A stretch of DNA of 63,893 nt, filler included, from Octopus bimaculoides (taxonomy: Eukaryota), in the NCBI RefSeq assembly GCF_001194135.2. It is 5 parts of 4 records of this genome, joined end to end, with 100 filler letters (N's around TTAATTAATTAA, not from the genome) between each part and the next. Parts side by side here need not be neighbours in the genome. Positions count along the whole stretch, not along the records: positions 19,487 to 42,235 come from NC_068984.1; positions 42,336 to 54,358 come from NC_068984.1; 3 more parts are not named here. One strand, 5' to 3'. The translations under genes and the position numbers were made by a program. Every line of letters begins with the position of its first letter. Position 1 is the first letter of the stretch. Below, in pieces: positions 35,136 to 49,698 of the stretch. Under the pieces are notes generated by a model. It did no database searches. It saw nothing but the letters and a program-made list of their open reading frames with translations, and was not told where the DNA came from.

Positions 35136-37220
35136 AGAGGAAGAGGTGGAGGGGGGATCGTGAAGTTAAAGGTGGTGGAGGAGGTGGTATAGGTGGTGGA
35201 GGAAGAGCTGTAGGACCACGACCACGATTACGAAGGGGACGACGAAGAAGAGTTAATGGAGGACTGAACGCTTTCCTAAACAAAATGAAGAACCACATGA
35301 CTAAAAGACAGAATTATGAAGAATTAATTGGCCATTTAATGAGACAGTTAGAGAATGTTGGATATCAAGTATGGTGCTTGTGGCCGAAAGCTATAAATTT
35401 GACATGACAAACTGAATTGCCAATTATAGCCATTCAGGGACAAACTATATGAACGAATTCGATATTGACAAACAGTTGTCGTTAAAAGTTTTTAAAATCT
35501 CAGACGGATGTCAAGCGCTGCTTCATTAGGAACTTGAACAAAAGTAATAACTATCTGCTATGTGAATGGGGCATGTTAGTAAAAAGTGTAATGCAAGTAT
35601 ATTTTCCAATAAAATGGTACGATAGAATTGTAGACAAATTTGTGATTTAATGTGGATTATATTCAAATTTCCGTGGAGAGTGACCATATTGTTGAAACAA
35701 GCTAACTAGATATCATTGCAAAAGTCAGAAAGAGAGATTGTATGTGAAATCAGCCACGAGATCTATCATTAAGAGCAGTTAATGAAATATCCGAAGTCAT
35801 AAAGAAGCACTGTGGATCAAACACGAAATCTAGAGGACCCAAAGCAATTACTCACGCCCGTGTTTACCAGGTTCATAGTGACAGAAGCTTACGCTGGTGA
35901 TGACGTACTAGGTGTATTCCCTCAATCACCATTAAAAATATTGAAATTCACTTTACCTTCAGCTCCCTCTCGGAAAGGAAATCCAAGATTTAGTTGAGAA
36001 GATGCATGAAGTTGAAAGCAACCCTGTTCGTCCGCTCTGGAGAAAAAGCGGTAAACAAATTTTCATAATCACCTCTGCTGGAGGCCCTAGGGAACCTTTC
36101 AATTTGTTGCAAGAAGCGTTCGAAGACAAAAGGGAAAACGCATTATTATTAACAAAAATAATAGGCGATTCTGAATTCGGTAAAGCAGAAACGTTCTGAA
36201 GAAATATAGAATATTATTTCTTTCATGATGCAACTATTGTTCAGATATTTTCCCCATATCAGGCTTCTTTTATTAGACATCGATATATGATACGCATCAT
36301 GTACACGGAGGTTTCGATTCAATTATGATTCTTCTTTTCCAAATGAAATTTTCGTCAACTGATTTACAATTAAAGACTAATAAGAATTTTAAAAATATAT
36401 TGCTAATCTCCAGTCGCTGTGGATCATATATTACAGTAATAAATTAGGATGACTCTTTTGCATTTTATGTTTACGAAATTAGTGCCACCATAAAGTTTAT
36501 TACAACTATAGGTTAATATATAACACAAATATATATTAATATACAAACATTTAGAAATTAATGACAAAAGCAACAATTAAAAGTATAGAGAAGATTTAAT
36601 CCTTATCTGTAATAGTTCTGTGAAAGAATTAAATTAATTACATTAAAATACTATCAAGTAACGAAGATAATTAATTGAGAATTATTTAAACTTGTTGATA
36701 AATGCTTTTATTTCTATTATATTACTCGTACGTTGAAATAATTATAAATAATATTTTCTCGAATGAACGGGTCGTTTCTATCCAAGAATAATAACATTTT
36801 AAATGGCAGATAATAATTGAATCTATTGAATATTTGTAAAAGAGCGTGTAATGAAGTAAATACTATGTAAATAGCAAATTTGCGTGGCTGTATAATCATT
36901 TCTTATTATATCCTCTGGAAATAACGAGCGTCTTGAAAATAGAATTACAACTTTTCATATGAGGGTAATTATTGTTGTTTGATATTTATAAGCATGTGAA
37001 CTCACGCGCATGTATATAATTATATATATACATGCCGGAGTTTTAATGGTGGCAGCTGATGAAGGGGATGTTTCTATGTGGCCTGCTTGTTTGTTGCACC
37101 TTGTTTACCATTTTGTCCTTGTTCTTTTGCTACGTCATGTACCCAGTTATGTATCTATATGTACATGTAGATGAACGTATATACATACATGTACATATAT
37201 ATGCATATACTCATATATTG

Positions 37221-37268
<48 letters not shown>

Positions 37269-38466
37269 TTACATATATGTGTGTGTGTGTGTTTGTGTGT
37301 ATATATGTATGTATATATATATATATGTTTTTGTACGCCTATGTATATATATGTATTTTGTATACTCCCCGCATGACATCGATTTCTAATTGTTCTACAG
37401 TGAGATTAAAATATACGAGTCTCTCCCTTTAGCCGTTTTAGCCCTGATTTTGATCATTGGTAAAGGTAATTCACATATGGAATGATTCCGTATATTATAG
37501 GTGAAGACGTTTGGAAGAACTATGAGATTGATTCAACAGTAGATATCAGTAGTAATAGTATAAAGATTTTTAGCAAATATATTTCAGATTCAGTGTGATA
37601 TTGGGTATTGGGTTAATCTGCTCCCCAACATGTTTCATTTTAGTCATATGTATGAATCAGTTAGGCTATTGTTCTGTCCATTGCGTGCTGAATATCAATA
37701 TACACCTCTGGTAATTCTCTTTAGAAAAAATAGTTTCTATTAATCCTAAGCTTATTCTATTAGAGTTGATTTGAACGATTCTTCTGATTCTTTGTTTTTG
37801 TTTTGTCTTGTTTTTGAGTTAATACCCTTAATGAATGGTAATAGAGGAGTCCTTTAAAAGGGAAAAAGGGAAATAGACTTTTTACAAAATGGAAAGAAAA
37901 AGATGCAAAAAGAAGAAGACATGAACTTTCAAAATTGTATAAATTGACAGTTAAATGGCACTGCTTGACAGTGGCATTTCATCAACATCGATTTCATTAT
38001 ACATGCTTTTCATTCGTTTTGTGTGTTTGTCCCCACTATGGTGTTGTGTCTGTCCTTTTGCTGTCCCCTCAGTGTGAATGGCTGCAGTGCCAAAATGAAA
38101 AAAAAAAGAGAGTCGGTGAACCGTGTACAACCTAGAGTTGCGTATTGTCGAGTGTAATTACAAGTATTGTGTATCTTGAGTAGAATGATTTGCGAGTACG
38201 TTATTTATTATCCCGTTATATCGTACGTCAAACGTGCGATACATTTTTAAGTAGTCATAAATTTTAGGATAAATATTCAACGCAATGAATAGTTATACAA
38301 TACACATTCAACAAAAATATGTGCAAGTATTACAATCTTAAGGCATTCAAAAAGTCTTAATTAAACCACCGTAAACACCAAGATAAGAGAGAAATAACAG
38401 TAAGCGACGAAACGAAAAGAATTAATACATTCAAAAGCACAGCTATGACAGATTATGTAGCTTAGG

Positions 38467-38814
38467 ACATCCACATACGCGGGCTTCCGATTTTGGAAAT
38501 TTAATCTTTGAGTCTCTTCAGTGCAGACTACCTAATAAAATTCAAGACCATCACGTTACATTCCATTAGTGTACTGGTTTTATTTTCCTCAGAAAATATT
38601 TATATGCAAAACATTGAAACACTAAGATTTCAAATAAAACGTCACTATTTTTAATATACCCGGGTTTCGGCATTTGGAAATTAATCCTTGAGTAAAACAA
38701 AAGCAGTACATTAACGGAATATAGCGTGATGGTCATGAATGTTTACTAGGTAGTCTACACTGAAGAGGCTCAAGGTTAACATTTCCAAAAGCGGAAACCC
38801 GGGTATGTGGATGT
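38467..38814. mobile_element. Fold-back MITE-like element with ~100-bp inverted arms
   Basis: ACATCCACATAC.CGGG.TTCCG.TTTTGGAAAT...CTCTTCAGTG.AGACTACCTA.TAAA...GACCATCACG at left and its reverse complement at right; third partial arm copy at about 38655-38695. Confidence 0.7.
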
Positions 38815-38979
38815 ACTGAACTGTATAATCTTTCCTAGTTGTGTTCTTGAATATATTAATCCTTCCCGTTTCCTCACCTACTGTTATTTCTTTGTTATAT
38901 TGGTGCTTTATGGTGGTTTAATTAAGAATTTAGCTCTTATTACTAGCAGGTTGATGCTTATATATATATATATATATGT

Positions 38980-39037
<58 letters not shown>

Positions 39038-39084
39038 GCGTGTGTGTGTGTGTGTGTATGTGTGTGCATGTGTGTTTGTATGTA

Positions 39085-39240
39085 TGTATATTCGACGGGC
39101 CTCTCAGTTTCTGTCGAAAGATCCATCCACGAGGCCTTCGCTGATCGTGGCTTCAGTAGAAGACTGCAGGCCAAGGAACCACGCAGTCGGTTGAACCAAG
39201 AACATTTGTTTAGGAAGCAAGCTTCTGACCACGCGCTCCA
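39085..39240 (-). mobile_element. SINE family B head, diverged
   Basis: Reverse complement resembles AGAAGCTTGCTTCCTAAAC...GGTTCAACCGACTGCGTGGTTCCTTGGCC...GAAACTGAGAGGCCCGTCG. Confidence 0.65.
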
Positions 39241-40611
39241 TTTATGTATGTGTGTTTATGTGTGCGTACTTGTATGTTTGTATGTATGTATGCATGTATG
39301 GATATTGTTAATTATTCTCAACTATAAGTTGATAATTTGAATACACACACACATACTGTTTTCGAAGTTGTTCTCGATTAACACTTCATCAGAGTTCATA
39401 ATATTTATAGTAGTAAGCGATGACACGAACTGGTGAACAGCGTAAAAATCCGCACCAAAATAATATCTAAAACTTGTTACGGGCAAATATCAATAATAAC
39501 AACGCATTTTATTCCAATCTTATTATTGACAATCACACCTTTGAGGTGTAAACGTTGTTATATGAAGTTTTAAATATTTGCTATCGTAAAATGTTACTTA
39601 GATTTCAGAAGAAGGAAAAAAAATGTCATTAACATCTACCAGTTCTGAAAAAGAAAAATACTGAGAACAATATGTCACTTCGTTTATTTTTCTATTTCTA
39701 TATATTTCAATTCTCAATGAAAATACTCTAAAGTGAGATTGATTAGATGGTAATAAAATGAAAGAAGTATTTCATGTTTTGTTTCAGAACAACGTGTTTC
39801 CTCCTGTTACATCATACACTGTTTTGATTTCGTTCAACTTTTATTTGCTCAAGTTAAAAACAAAATGTAAGAATTTATTTCATTTGTATATCTATAAGAA
39901 GATTCGGTTACAAAATAACTGTTTGATTGAATACTAATGCAGATGTGTTGAATACTAACGACTGTGTTCTGCCATTCATTTCACGTCCTGTACATCTGAG
40001 TCTAAACTGAACATAAGATTCGAATTCTCACGGCGCTGAAACTTAAATGAGATGCACATTAAGTTAAAACAAAATATCATTTATGCGTTGGATTTTTTGT
40101 TTACTATTGTAAGTCTTAAGATATACAAAGACTAATCCGTTGAATTTTGATAAAGATTTAGCAGACTTTTGTTAATCACGAACAATACAGTGCTACTAAA
40201 CTGACAAGATGCTCATATTCAATGCAATAGCAATTATTTTATTACTATTTCTCATCTGCTACCATCGATATTTCGACTAACACAATTTTTCATTTGATTA
40301 TCAGTATGTAATGCCATATTGACAATTAATACCATTAAACATCCACAAACCGAATATTTGAGCAGTCCAGTGATGATTCTATGGCACTGCATGAAGTCTT
40401 CTGCTTGATGGATTGTAGTTTCATTATGCTTCTAGTATATTACTGAATTTAAACCAAATAATTCAAATTCGATCTAGGCCCTAACAAAACAGAAAACTCT
40501 TCATTGACGTATATACATATGCATGGGCGTTCGCGCGCGCGTATACGAGGTCTATAAATTAAATAATGAAATTTTTTGAGTAAACATATTTAACTTATTC
40601 TGCTCGTTAAT

Positions 40612-40806
40612 TAGTCGAGCTGGCACAATCGTTAACGGTATTTCGTCTGTCTTTACGTTATAAGTTCAAATTCCGCCGAGGTCGACTTTGCCTTTCATCC
40701 TTCTGCGCTTGATAAATTAAGTACTAGTTGCGTACTGATGTCTATGTAATCGATTGGCCCACTTCCCCAAAATTTCGGGCCCTGTACCTAGAGTTGAAAA
40801 GAATAA
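40612..40806 (+). mobile_element. SINE family A
   Basis: Family A core and tail. A possible mariner TIR (TACGAGGTCTAT) lies just upstream at about 40545. Confidence 0.85.
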
Positions 40807-41149
40807 TTCTGCTTGTTGTTCAATTATATAGACTGGCCTTTTCACCTCCACGTGATTAGTTGAAGGGGAAGGAGGACAGGAAGTAAAGGGGGAGGAGGAA
40901 GAGAAGTGAAGGGGAGGGAGAAGAGAGGAGGGATATGGATGAGAAGTTTTAAGAAGTAAATCAATAAGTTTGCCATTAATTCCGCGAAATATTCATGAGT
41001 TACACTAGCTTAAAATTAAACTGCAAATCAACTCTGTCTCTTTCAAAGTAGTTTCCTTGGGAATCCATACAGCGACTAAAACATTTCCACTCGTCACTGT
41101 AGTGCTGGAACTCAGAAACCGGAATGGATTTAAGCTACTCTGTTACAGC

Positions 41150-41990
41150 CATTTTAATATTTGCCAATATGCCAAAGGTTGCCCTTAGAGGCCGCAGGTC
41201 AGGCGAATATGGGACTGAGGGACAAGAAGGAGTACATTTTTATGCCATAAACTCTGTAATCAAAGTGCTGTGTAACAAGATGCATTGCCGTGATGCAGTA
41301 TCCAGGTGCCTTTGATATTTAACCACACGTTAGCGATCCGTTTCCGCAACTTTTCAAGAGCCTGACGGTAAAATGCTGATTGGCTATCCTTGAGGTAGGA
41401 ATTCATTATTGACGATTCTATTTCTGTGAAAAGAGCAACAAAGAATGGGTTTTAATTTTTATTTCTCGTTCTCGCTTTGTAGTTTGCCGTATACCACTCT
41501 TGATTTCGACGTTTTGCTTCAGGACCGTACTGAAAAGTTCATGATTCGTCATCCGTGATGAAGAAATTTGCGTAATTTTCATTCAGTTCCTGGAGATCAC
41601 AGAACAGTTCCTTCCAGTTGTCTTTTTGCTCAGGAGTGAGATATAGGGGGAGAAATTCCGTAGAAATTTTCCTTTTTCCAGTTCGTAGGTCAAAACTTGG
41701 GGAACGGTAGTATGGTTCAAATTCTGCTACTCTGCAATCATTTTGACGGTTAACTTACAGTCAGATGGCGCCAGGTCTTTGATCCGTTCCACATTTTTCT
41801 AATATTCTGAGATTGATGGCCTTGATGACCGATAATAATCTTCAACGGATTCTCAATATTTTAAAAGGATTAGAACCATCTGAAACGAGTGTCCCCGTAA
41901 GCTTATTGAAATTTTGTAACGGTTTCAGTGGCATTGTATCCGAGTTTCAAACGGAACGTATTTGCACAGGGTTGCTCGTAAATTTGGTCC
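41150..41990 (-). pseudogene. Decayed mariner (DD34D-type) transposase
   Basis: LKLGYNATETVTKFQ*AYGD..FRWF; VERIKDL...LTVKMIAE; FITDDES*TFQYGPEAKRRNQEW (ITGDETW..YDPE.KRQS.EW); WILHHGNAS (WILHHDNAP); SPDL remnant. Confidence 0.85.
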
Positions 41991-42335
41991 TTCATTTTCA
42001 CGATACACAGTGTAAAATCACTTCGCAAAACATACGCTCACAGTTCACTTGTTAGCGCAACGTGGTACAATCTTGAATTTAAGATAAATGCAACACGATG
42101 TAGGGAAACCCCGCAATTTTGCTACATAAAACGCTATGAGATTATCCTCATTACTTCATTTACAGAATTCTGATATATGCATACATACACAAACATACTC
42201 ATATACTCATATATATATATATATATATATATATANNNNNNNNNNNNNNNNNNNNNNNNNNNNNNNNNNNNNNNNNNNNTTAATTAATTAANNNNNNNNN
42301 NNNNNNNNNNNNNNNNNNNNNNNNNNNNNNNNNNN

Positions 42336-42336
<1 letters not shown>

Positions 42337-42418
<82 letters not shown>
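42337..42418. repeat. (AGAT)n microsatellite
   Basis: Pure tetranucleotide run. Confidence 0.95.
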
Positions 42419-43359
42419 CAGACAGATAGGTGTGTGTGTGTGTCATGATTGTATGTATGCGGTGGATGTTCTTCCGTTTTAATTTTTTTGTGTGTGTGTA
42501 TGTAACTTCTTCTAGCTGGTTTCTAACTGAGAAACAAAGTTCTCTCAATGGGTTTAGATTTTTAAAAAAAAGCCTCAGTAATGAATACCAAGATGAATTT
42601 TACTGTTCAGCTTACAGAATGAATTTGCACCATACATGGTGGTCTGTTTCTTTACCTGACATCACACAGTTTGATATGGGTAAGAATGTAAATTTAAAAC
42701 GTAGGTGGAAAAGTTGTACGCTTCACTTAGGAATGAAATGTTTATATCCGCTGGGTATCTGACATTGAAAGCAGGAGTTATTTTTTTATTCTGTCTCATA
42801 GAATTATATCATTATGACTGTTATATTTGTAAAAGTATTCATGAGAGGGTAAAACCCATGTTTCTTATGCAATATTTTATTATTATACCCAACATCAATA
42901 TTTTTATTTAACATAAGTGAGTTCTTTCAGTGGATAGTTTTTAATATTAAAAAAGAAAATGTCATACCACATAGGAATGTAGAATACAGATGCTATCTTT
43001 AGGCGTATGCTACACACGTGTTAGGTTTCAATGTGATATAATCAATATTTTAGGTCGCATCTTAGGGATTTAACAGCTTTATTATCTCTTTCGTTGGACA
43101 GGTATTTAGTAGCTATATCAGGCTTTTGGATGGAAAAAGTATATTGGAAATATAAAGCACTATAATTCGTTTCTTAGTTTAAGAGAAGCAACAATTCTTA
43201 GCCAGGCTAGCAATATTCTCAAATTTTCAGGAAACATAACCATAAGGGGGTTGAAAAGGCGCTTTGTCTGGGTCTCGACTACGCAATCCTGTAAAAGAAT
43301 TAGCGAAAGGATGGTATAAGCTACTAAAATCTTACTCGCTTACAAGTGATGTATATACA

Positions 43360-43392
<33 letters not shown>

Positions 43393-44181
43393 NNNNNNNN
43401 NNNNNNNNNNNNNNNNNNNNNNNNNNNNNNNNNNNNNNNNNNNNNNNNNNNNNNNNNNNNNNNNNNNNNNNNNNNNNNNNNNNNNNNNNNNNNNNNNNNN
43501 NNNNNNNNNNNNNNNNNNNNNNNNNNNNNNNNNNNNNNNNNNNNNNNNNNNNNNNNNNNNNNNNNNNNNNNNNNNNNNNNNNNNNNNNNNNNNNNNNNNN
43601 NNNNNNNNNNNNNNNNNNNNNNNNNNNNNNNNNNNNNNNNNNNNNNNNNNNNNNNNNNNNNNNNNNNNNNNNNNNNNNNNNNNNNNNNNNNNNNNNNNNN
43701 NNNNNNNNNNNNNNNNNNNNNNNNNNNNNNNNNNNNNNNNNNNNNNNNNNNNNNNNNNNNNNNNNNNNNNNNNNNNNNNNNNNNNNNNNNNNNNNNNNNN
43801 NNNNNNNNNNNNNNNNNNNNNNNNNNNNNNNNNNNNNNNNNNNNNNNNNNNNNNNNNNNNNNNNNNNNNNNNNNNNNNNNNNNNNNNNNNNNNNNNNNNN
43901 NNNNNNNNNNNNNNNNNNNNNNNNNNNNNNNNNNNNNNNNNNNNNNNNNNNNNNNNNNNNNNNNNNNNNNNNNNNNNNNNNNNNNNNNNNNNNNNNNNNN
44001 NNNNNNNNNNNNNNNNNNNNNNNNNNNNNNNNNNNNNNNNNNNNNNNNNNNNNNNNNNNNNNNNNNNNNNNNNNNNNNNNNNNNNNNNNNNNNNNNNNNN
44101 NNNNNNNNNNNNNNNNNNNNNNNNNNNNNNNNNNNNNNNNNNNNNNNNNNNNNNNNNNNNNNNNNNNNNNNNATATATATA

Positions 44182-44290
44182 CAGGGTGTCCCAAAAGTCA
44201 CTGCTAGGTTTCAATTTTTAATAACTTTCTTAACTTTACAAATAAATGCATGAAAGTTTGATCCTATATAAAGAACATAATGGAAATTAA
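44182..44290 (+). mobile_element. Tc1/mariner terminus (one end only)
   Basis: TA followed by CAGGGTGTCCCAAAAGTC, 16/18 identical to the TIR of the MITE at 51923. Confidence 0.6.
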
Positions 44291-44359
44291 TATGCACATA
44301 TCGTTCAACCAATAAAATATCTATTACAATCGAATCGCGCTCTTCGTCTTGACTGTTTA

Positions 44360-44385
44360 TAATAATAATAATGATAATAATAATG

Positions 44386-44469
<84 letters not shown>
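44360..44469. repeat. (AAT)n microsatellite
   Basis: About 110 bp of AAT with two GAT interruptions. Confidence 0.95.
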
Positions 44470-44470
<1 letters not shown>

Positions 44471-44595
44471 GTAGTAGTTTGTATTTCATGCCTAAACTAT
44501 TACATTTAACATCTCTAATATATTTGACCTATCTGATTTAACCGCATAATTTCCCCACCGCGCTCTCTATCTATCTATCTATCTATCTATCTATC

Positions 44596-44640
<45 letters not shown>

Positions 44641-46059
44641 CACGCACACACACACACATATCCATACACAGAATTGAAGTATAAACATCAACAAATATAT
44701 CCACAGCAATTAAGACCTCATTGAATAACTGGTCGTTAAACACTAACATGTTCTTACATTGCAGTAAATCCAAGTGGAACCGACTTTCATGCATATATAT
44801 AATTTGCTAAAAGAACCCTTAAGAGTAATTTATTTAGAATAAAAGCAGAAAAAAAGCGTAAATTTCATATATTGTTCATATTTTGTGCTCAACAGTTTTC
44901 TCATTAACATACAAAATATTTCTGATGATTTTGGAAAGCATAGCTTTTATATTGAATTCAGATTAGAGTAATTTAAATGAATTAATTATGCATTAACAAA
45001 TTTGTAATTATACATTTAAATACTGTTTATCCCAATGAAACAGCTGCTGAGCATAATTAAAACATAAATTATATGTGTAATTTATATTCTTTTACTTTTA
45101 CTCTAAATATGTATTGCTTGTGTATGTGATCGCAATGACCTAGAAGCAGCAACAAAATTTCCCTCAAATTACTTTGCACTGTATTATAAATCAATTAACA
45201 CATTGGATACCGCACACCAAGTTGTGTATATGCATAGAGGGGATGGTCATGGGTGGAATTTCTTTCATCATAATTCAGCTTAATTTGGGGCTAAACAACA
45301 GCACCAACATGAAATTTGTGACTTATTTGACTTCATAAAGAAAATACTCTTAATGCAATTACTTTGTCAGATAATCGTAGAATATTAATGGGATTATAAA
45401 GGATTAGAAGTAAAAGCATACATTTGGTTGATATCGGCTTTACAATATAACGTGGCAACTGATAAGCATACTGTAGTCTCTGCATGTGTGCGCATATTTG
45501 TGTAGACATGAATGTACGTCTGTATGCATGTATTTGTGTGTGCGTGTATGTGTGTATTTATGTATATGTATTTGTCTTTATGTGTGTGTATGAATATGTG
45601 TGGAAGATATATATATATGCAATATCTTTATCTTTAGTTTTCTTAAAATGTCTTTCATGTCTAATGATATTGCCAATTTTGTTTTCATGTGTATAAAGAG
45701 GTATAAATTGTGAAGTGGTGGATCGAATGCCATGCTTTTACGGAGCCTAGAGAAGGACTTTCACATTGTCCTCTAAAATCACTTATACAATATAAATTCT
45801 TATATAAAACAAAGGTACCCGATGTATAATGAGGAAATAGAGTTGATCCAATCGGTTATATATGTAACAAAATTGTCATCTTGTTGTTGAAATCAGTAAT
45901 CTATACTTCAGATCGGTGGGCTGAGGTTCTACTTTATGTTTATGCTTACCAGTAGCTCTTTTCCTTGTACTTATTTTGTGACAGAAAAAGGCATAATAGC
46001 TACCTACTTACATTTTAATAATTTTGAAGTAATGAACAATGAGCGGATAACCTTGAAAG

Positions 46060-46060
46060 A

Positions 46061-46126
<66 letters not shown>

Positions 46127-46205
46127 TAAATAATGAAGGGAGGAAGGGAGGAGAGAAGAAAGGTAGAAAGAAAAAATATGGAAGGAACGCGAAAAAAAGG
46201 GAAGT

Positions 46206-46251
<46 letters not shown>

Positions 46252-46290
46252 GAAGGAAGGAAGGAAGGAAGAGAAACAGAGAAAAGAAAG
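46060..46290. repeat. Polypurine (GA)n/(GAAA)n/(GGAA)n compound tract
   Basis: Consecutive purine-only repeats. Confidence 0.9.
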
Positions 46291-47054
46291 AACAGAAAAA
46301 ATGGTAGAAAGAAAGCACACAAAGAAGAAAGGAAGAATGAAAGAAATAGAAATAGTAAATTGAAATGAAATAAAAAAGAAGAAATTGGAGTGAGCACACG
46401 AGTGAGTTCATTATAGAAAGATTTTTCTCATGATCTAATCAGGAGGACATTGTTACAGCAATATCCTGTTCTTATCATATTAATGAAGTAGGGCGAGAGC
46501 TGTGCGGTTGATGTTCGGTTTTAATATCTGTATACTAACAACTGCTGGAGGAAAGAGGACATAGGTAAAAAGAAAATTTCGGATGGTTTAGATTCAGAAA
46601 ACGAAGGAATGGGCATATTAATTTATGGCAGAGCTTGGTAAGGAATCACAACATAGGGGATGAGAGGATATAGCTGACTGGATTTGCTGGAGATGGTATG
46701 TCACCCATCTGTCTATGAAGCGTCTATTTCACACTTTAGTTAAGGAAGGAATCTTGTCAGTTTAGCCTTTCAATAGCTTGACACTGACAGAGATGGCATA
46801 CTCCTCCTGTAGATGGCATTTCCTCATTAGTAGAGACATGATCTTCGGTGGGACAGAAATTGCGTGTATCCAATGAATCAGTCTGTTGAAGCTTGCATCC
46901 ACCGCATACCAACATCCTGCAGTTCAAGGATGGGATTTTTCATGATTGAGCTTTACTCCTTTAGGTATGCTTGGTCCAGGACTGTTTATTTTTATATTCA
47001 CAGCTAATCTTCATATCTGAAGACCTTTCCCCTATCTGTTATCTAGAACTCCAA

Positions 47055-47140
47055 ATTGTCAGGCAAATCAGAACCAAGCTGTTCATTGTAACTGTCGAAT
47101 CAGTGTTATTACATGGCAGTGAAACATGGACACTGACAAA
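47055..47140 (+). mobile_element. Short LINE RT C-terminal fragment (RTE-like)
   Basis: RQIRTKLFIVTVESVLLHGSETWTLT matches K.KLF.ATVESVLLYGSETWTLT. Confidence 0.7.
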
Positions 47141-47632
47141 TTTCGGATTCCTACGTTTTAAACGTCGGAGATTATGAATATGCAAAATTTGTTTTTAATT
47201 TCATACCCCACTGCACCTCTTCCCTCCTCCCAATTTACATTTTTTATTTTGTTTACTTTGAAGAGATTGTAGTGAATTGACGAACATATGAAAATCTGAA
47301 TTAAACACAGACAAAAACATTAAAGTGAAAATAATTTGTGTTTTACTTGTGTTTGCCTTAAATAATCGTAAATATTATAATGTAAATTAAATATACACCA
47401 TTTTATGAGAAACAAACATTAATGTTTAATAATTAATGTTATAAAATTTAATAAGGAGCTCAAATATCACTCCTCCCCAATTTTAGATTTTGAACTTTTT
47501 CTTCCATTTATTTATTTATCTGTCTATCTATTTAGCCCTGTCTGTTTATTCATAAAATATATTTGTCAACTAAATGTAGCGGTCCTATAGAAGATGGTGT
47601 TACTGTTGTTTTTAGCCCCAGGAAGCAATTCA

Positions 47633-47683
<51 letters not shown>

Positions 47684-48546
47684 TTATCTCTTTATACACA
47701 TATCTATATGCTTATTGAATTTAAAATTTTGAAAACGTGGTTTCTTGAATATTCGGAATCTCTGTCATCAAAGACAGGGAAAATTTTTTTCGAAAAAGTT
47801 CAATTTTAAATGGGAGGTGGTTAAAAATTTTTCTTTGTTTTTGCATATTCNNNNNNNNNNNNNNNNNNNNNNNNNNNNNNNNNNNNNNNNNNNNNNNNNN
47901 NNNNNNNNNNNNNNNNNNNNNNNNNNNNNNNNNNNNNNNNNNNNNNNNNNNNNNNNNNNNNNNNNNNNNNNNNNNNNNNNNNNNNNNNNNNNNNNNNNNN
48001 NNNNNNNNNNNNNNNNNNNNNNNNNNNNNNNNNNNNNNNNNNNNNNNNNNNNNNNNNNNNNNNNNNNNNNNNNNNNNNNNNNNNNNNNNNNNNNNNNNNN
48101 NNNNNNNNNNNNNNNNNNNNNNNNNNNNNNNNNNNNNNNNNNNNNNNNNNNNNNNNNNNNNNNNNNNNNNNNNNNNNNNNNNNNNNNNNNNNNNNNNNNN
48201 NNNNNNNNNNNNNNNNNNNNNNNNNNNNNNNNNNNNNNNNNNNNNNNNNNNNNNNNNNNNNNNNNNNNNNNNNNNNNNNNNNNNNNNNNNNNNNNNNNNN
48301 NNNNNNNNNNNNNNNNNNNTTCTGATTGAGGCACAAAGCCAGAAATGCAGAGGGGAAGGAGTTATTCGATTCCACCGGTCCGAATATTAGTTTGGTACTT
48401 CTTGTCAACCCTGAAAATATAAAATGCAAATGTTGACAGAATTTGAACTCAGAACATAAAGAGTGGAAACTAATACTGTAAGGTAATTTTTCGACATTCG
48501 AACGGTCATCTATTCACAAATAACTTCACTCTTATTTTCTGCCTTC

Positions 48547-48590
<44 letters not shown>

Positions 48591-48968
48591 TTCTTCACAC
48601 ACAAACTATTTCTCTCTCCCTCTCTCCCTGCATATATGTATATATATATGCACACATACTTTTACATATGCATACATGCAAATATATACATACACACACA
48701 CACACACACACACACGCAAATATGTATATATACATTCACACAAATACACGCACACATATATAAATTATATATGTATAAATCTATCTATGTCCTCGTCTGT
48801 TGTTATTTTTTGTATATTCTCCTATATATACATATACATATATATTCATACACATAACACCCAAAGGTGCCTACATAATCATTGATTATATGAGTGGGTG
48901 TACGTATGTGAATATATATGCATATGTATGTGTAGGTGAACGTGTGTGAATATATATGCATATCTATG

Positions 48969-49005
<37 letters not shown>

Positions 49006-49654
49006 NNNNNNNNNNNNNNNNNNNNNNNNNNNNNNNNNNNNNNNNNNNNNNNNNNNNNNNNNNNNNNNNNNNNNNNNNNNNNNNNNNNNNNNNNNNNNNN
49101 NNNNNNNNNNNNNNNNNNNNNNNNNNNNNNNNNNNNNNNNNNNNNNNNNNNNNNNNNNNNNNNNNNNNNNNNNNNNNNNNNNNNNNNNNNNNNNNNNNNN
49201 NNNNNNNNNNNNNNNNNNNNNNNNNNNNNNNNNNNNNNNNNNNNNNNNNNNNNNNNNNNNNNNNNNNNNNNNNNNNNNNNNNNNNNNNNNNNNNNNNNNN
49301 NNNNNNNNNNNNNNNNNNNNNNNNNNNNNNNNNNNNNNNNNNNNNNNNNNNNNNNNNNNNNNNNNNNNNNNNNNNNNNNNNNNNNNNNNNNNNNNNNNNN
49401 NNNNNNNNNNNNNNNNNNNNNNNNNNNNNNNNNNNNNNNNNNNNNNNNNNNNNNNNNNNNNNNNNNNNNNNNNNNNNNNNNNNNNNNNNNNNNNNNNNNN
49501 NNNNNNNNNNNNNNNNNNNNNNNNNNNNNNNNNNNNNNNNNNNNNNNNNNNNNNNNNNNNNNNNNNNNNNNNNNNNNNNNNNNNNNNNNNNNNNNNNNNN
49601 NNNNNNNNNNNNNNNNNNNNNNNNNNNNNNNNNNNNNNNNNNNNNNNNNNNNNN

Positions 49655-49698
<44 letters not shown>

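Noticed and set aside
46690-46960. Minus-strand peptide FCPTEDHVSTNEEMPSTGGVCHLCQ resembling the piggyBac first catalytic Asp region
   Set aside because: The catalytic residue is absent, similarity is short, and no TTAA/CCC ends were found; too weak without a search.
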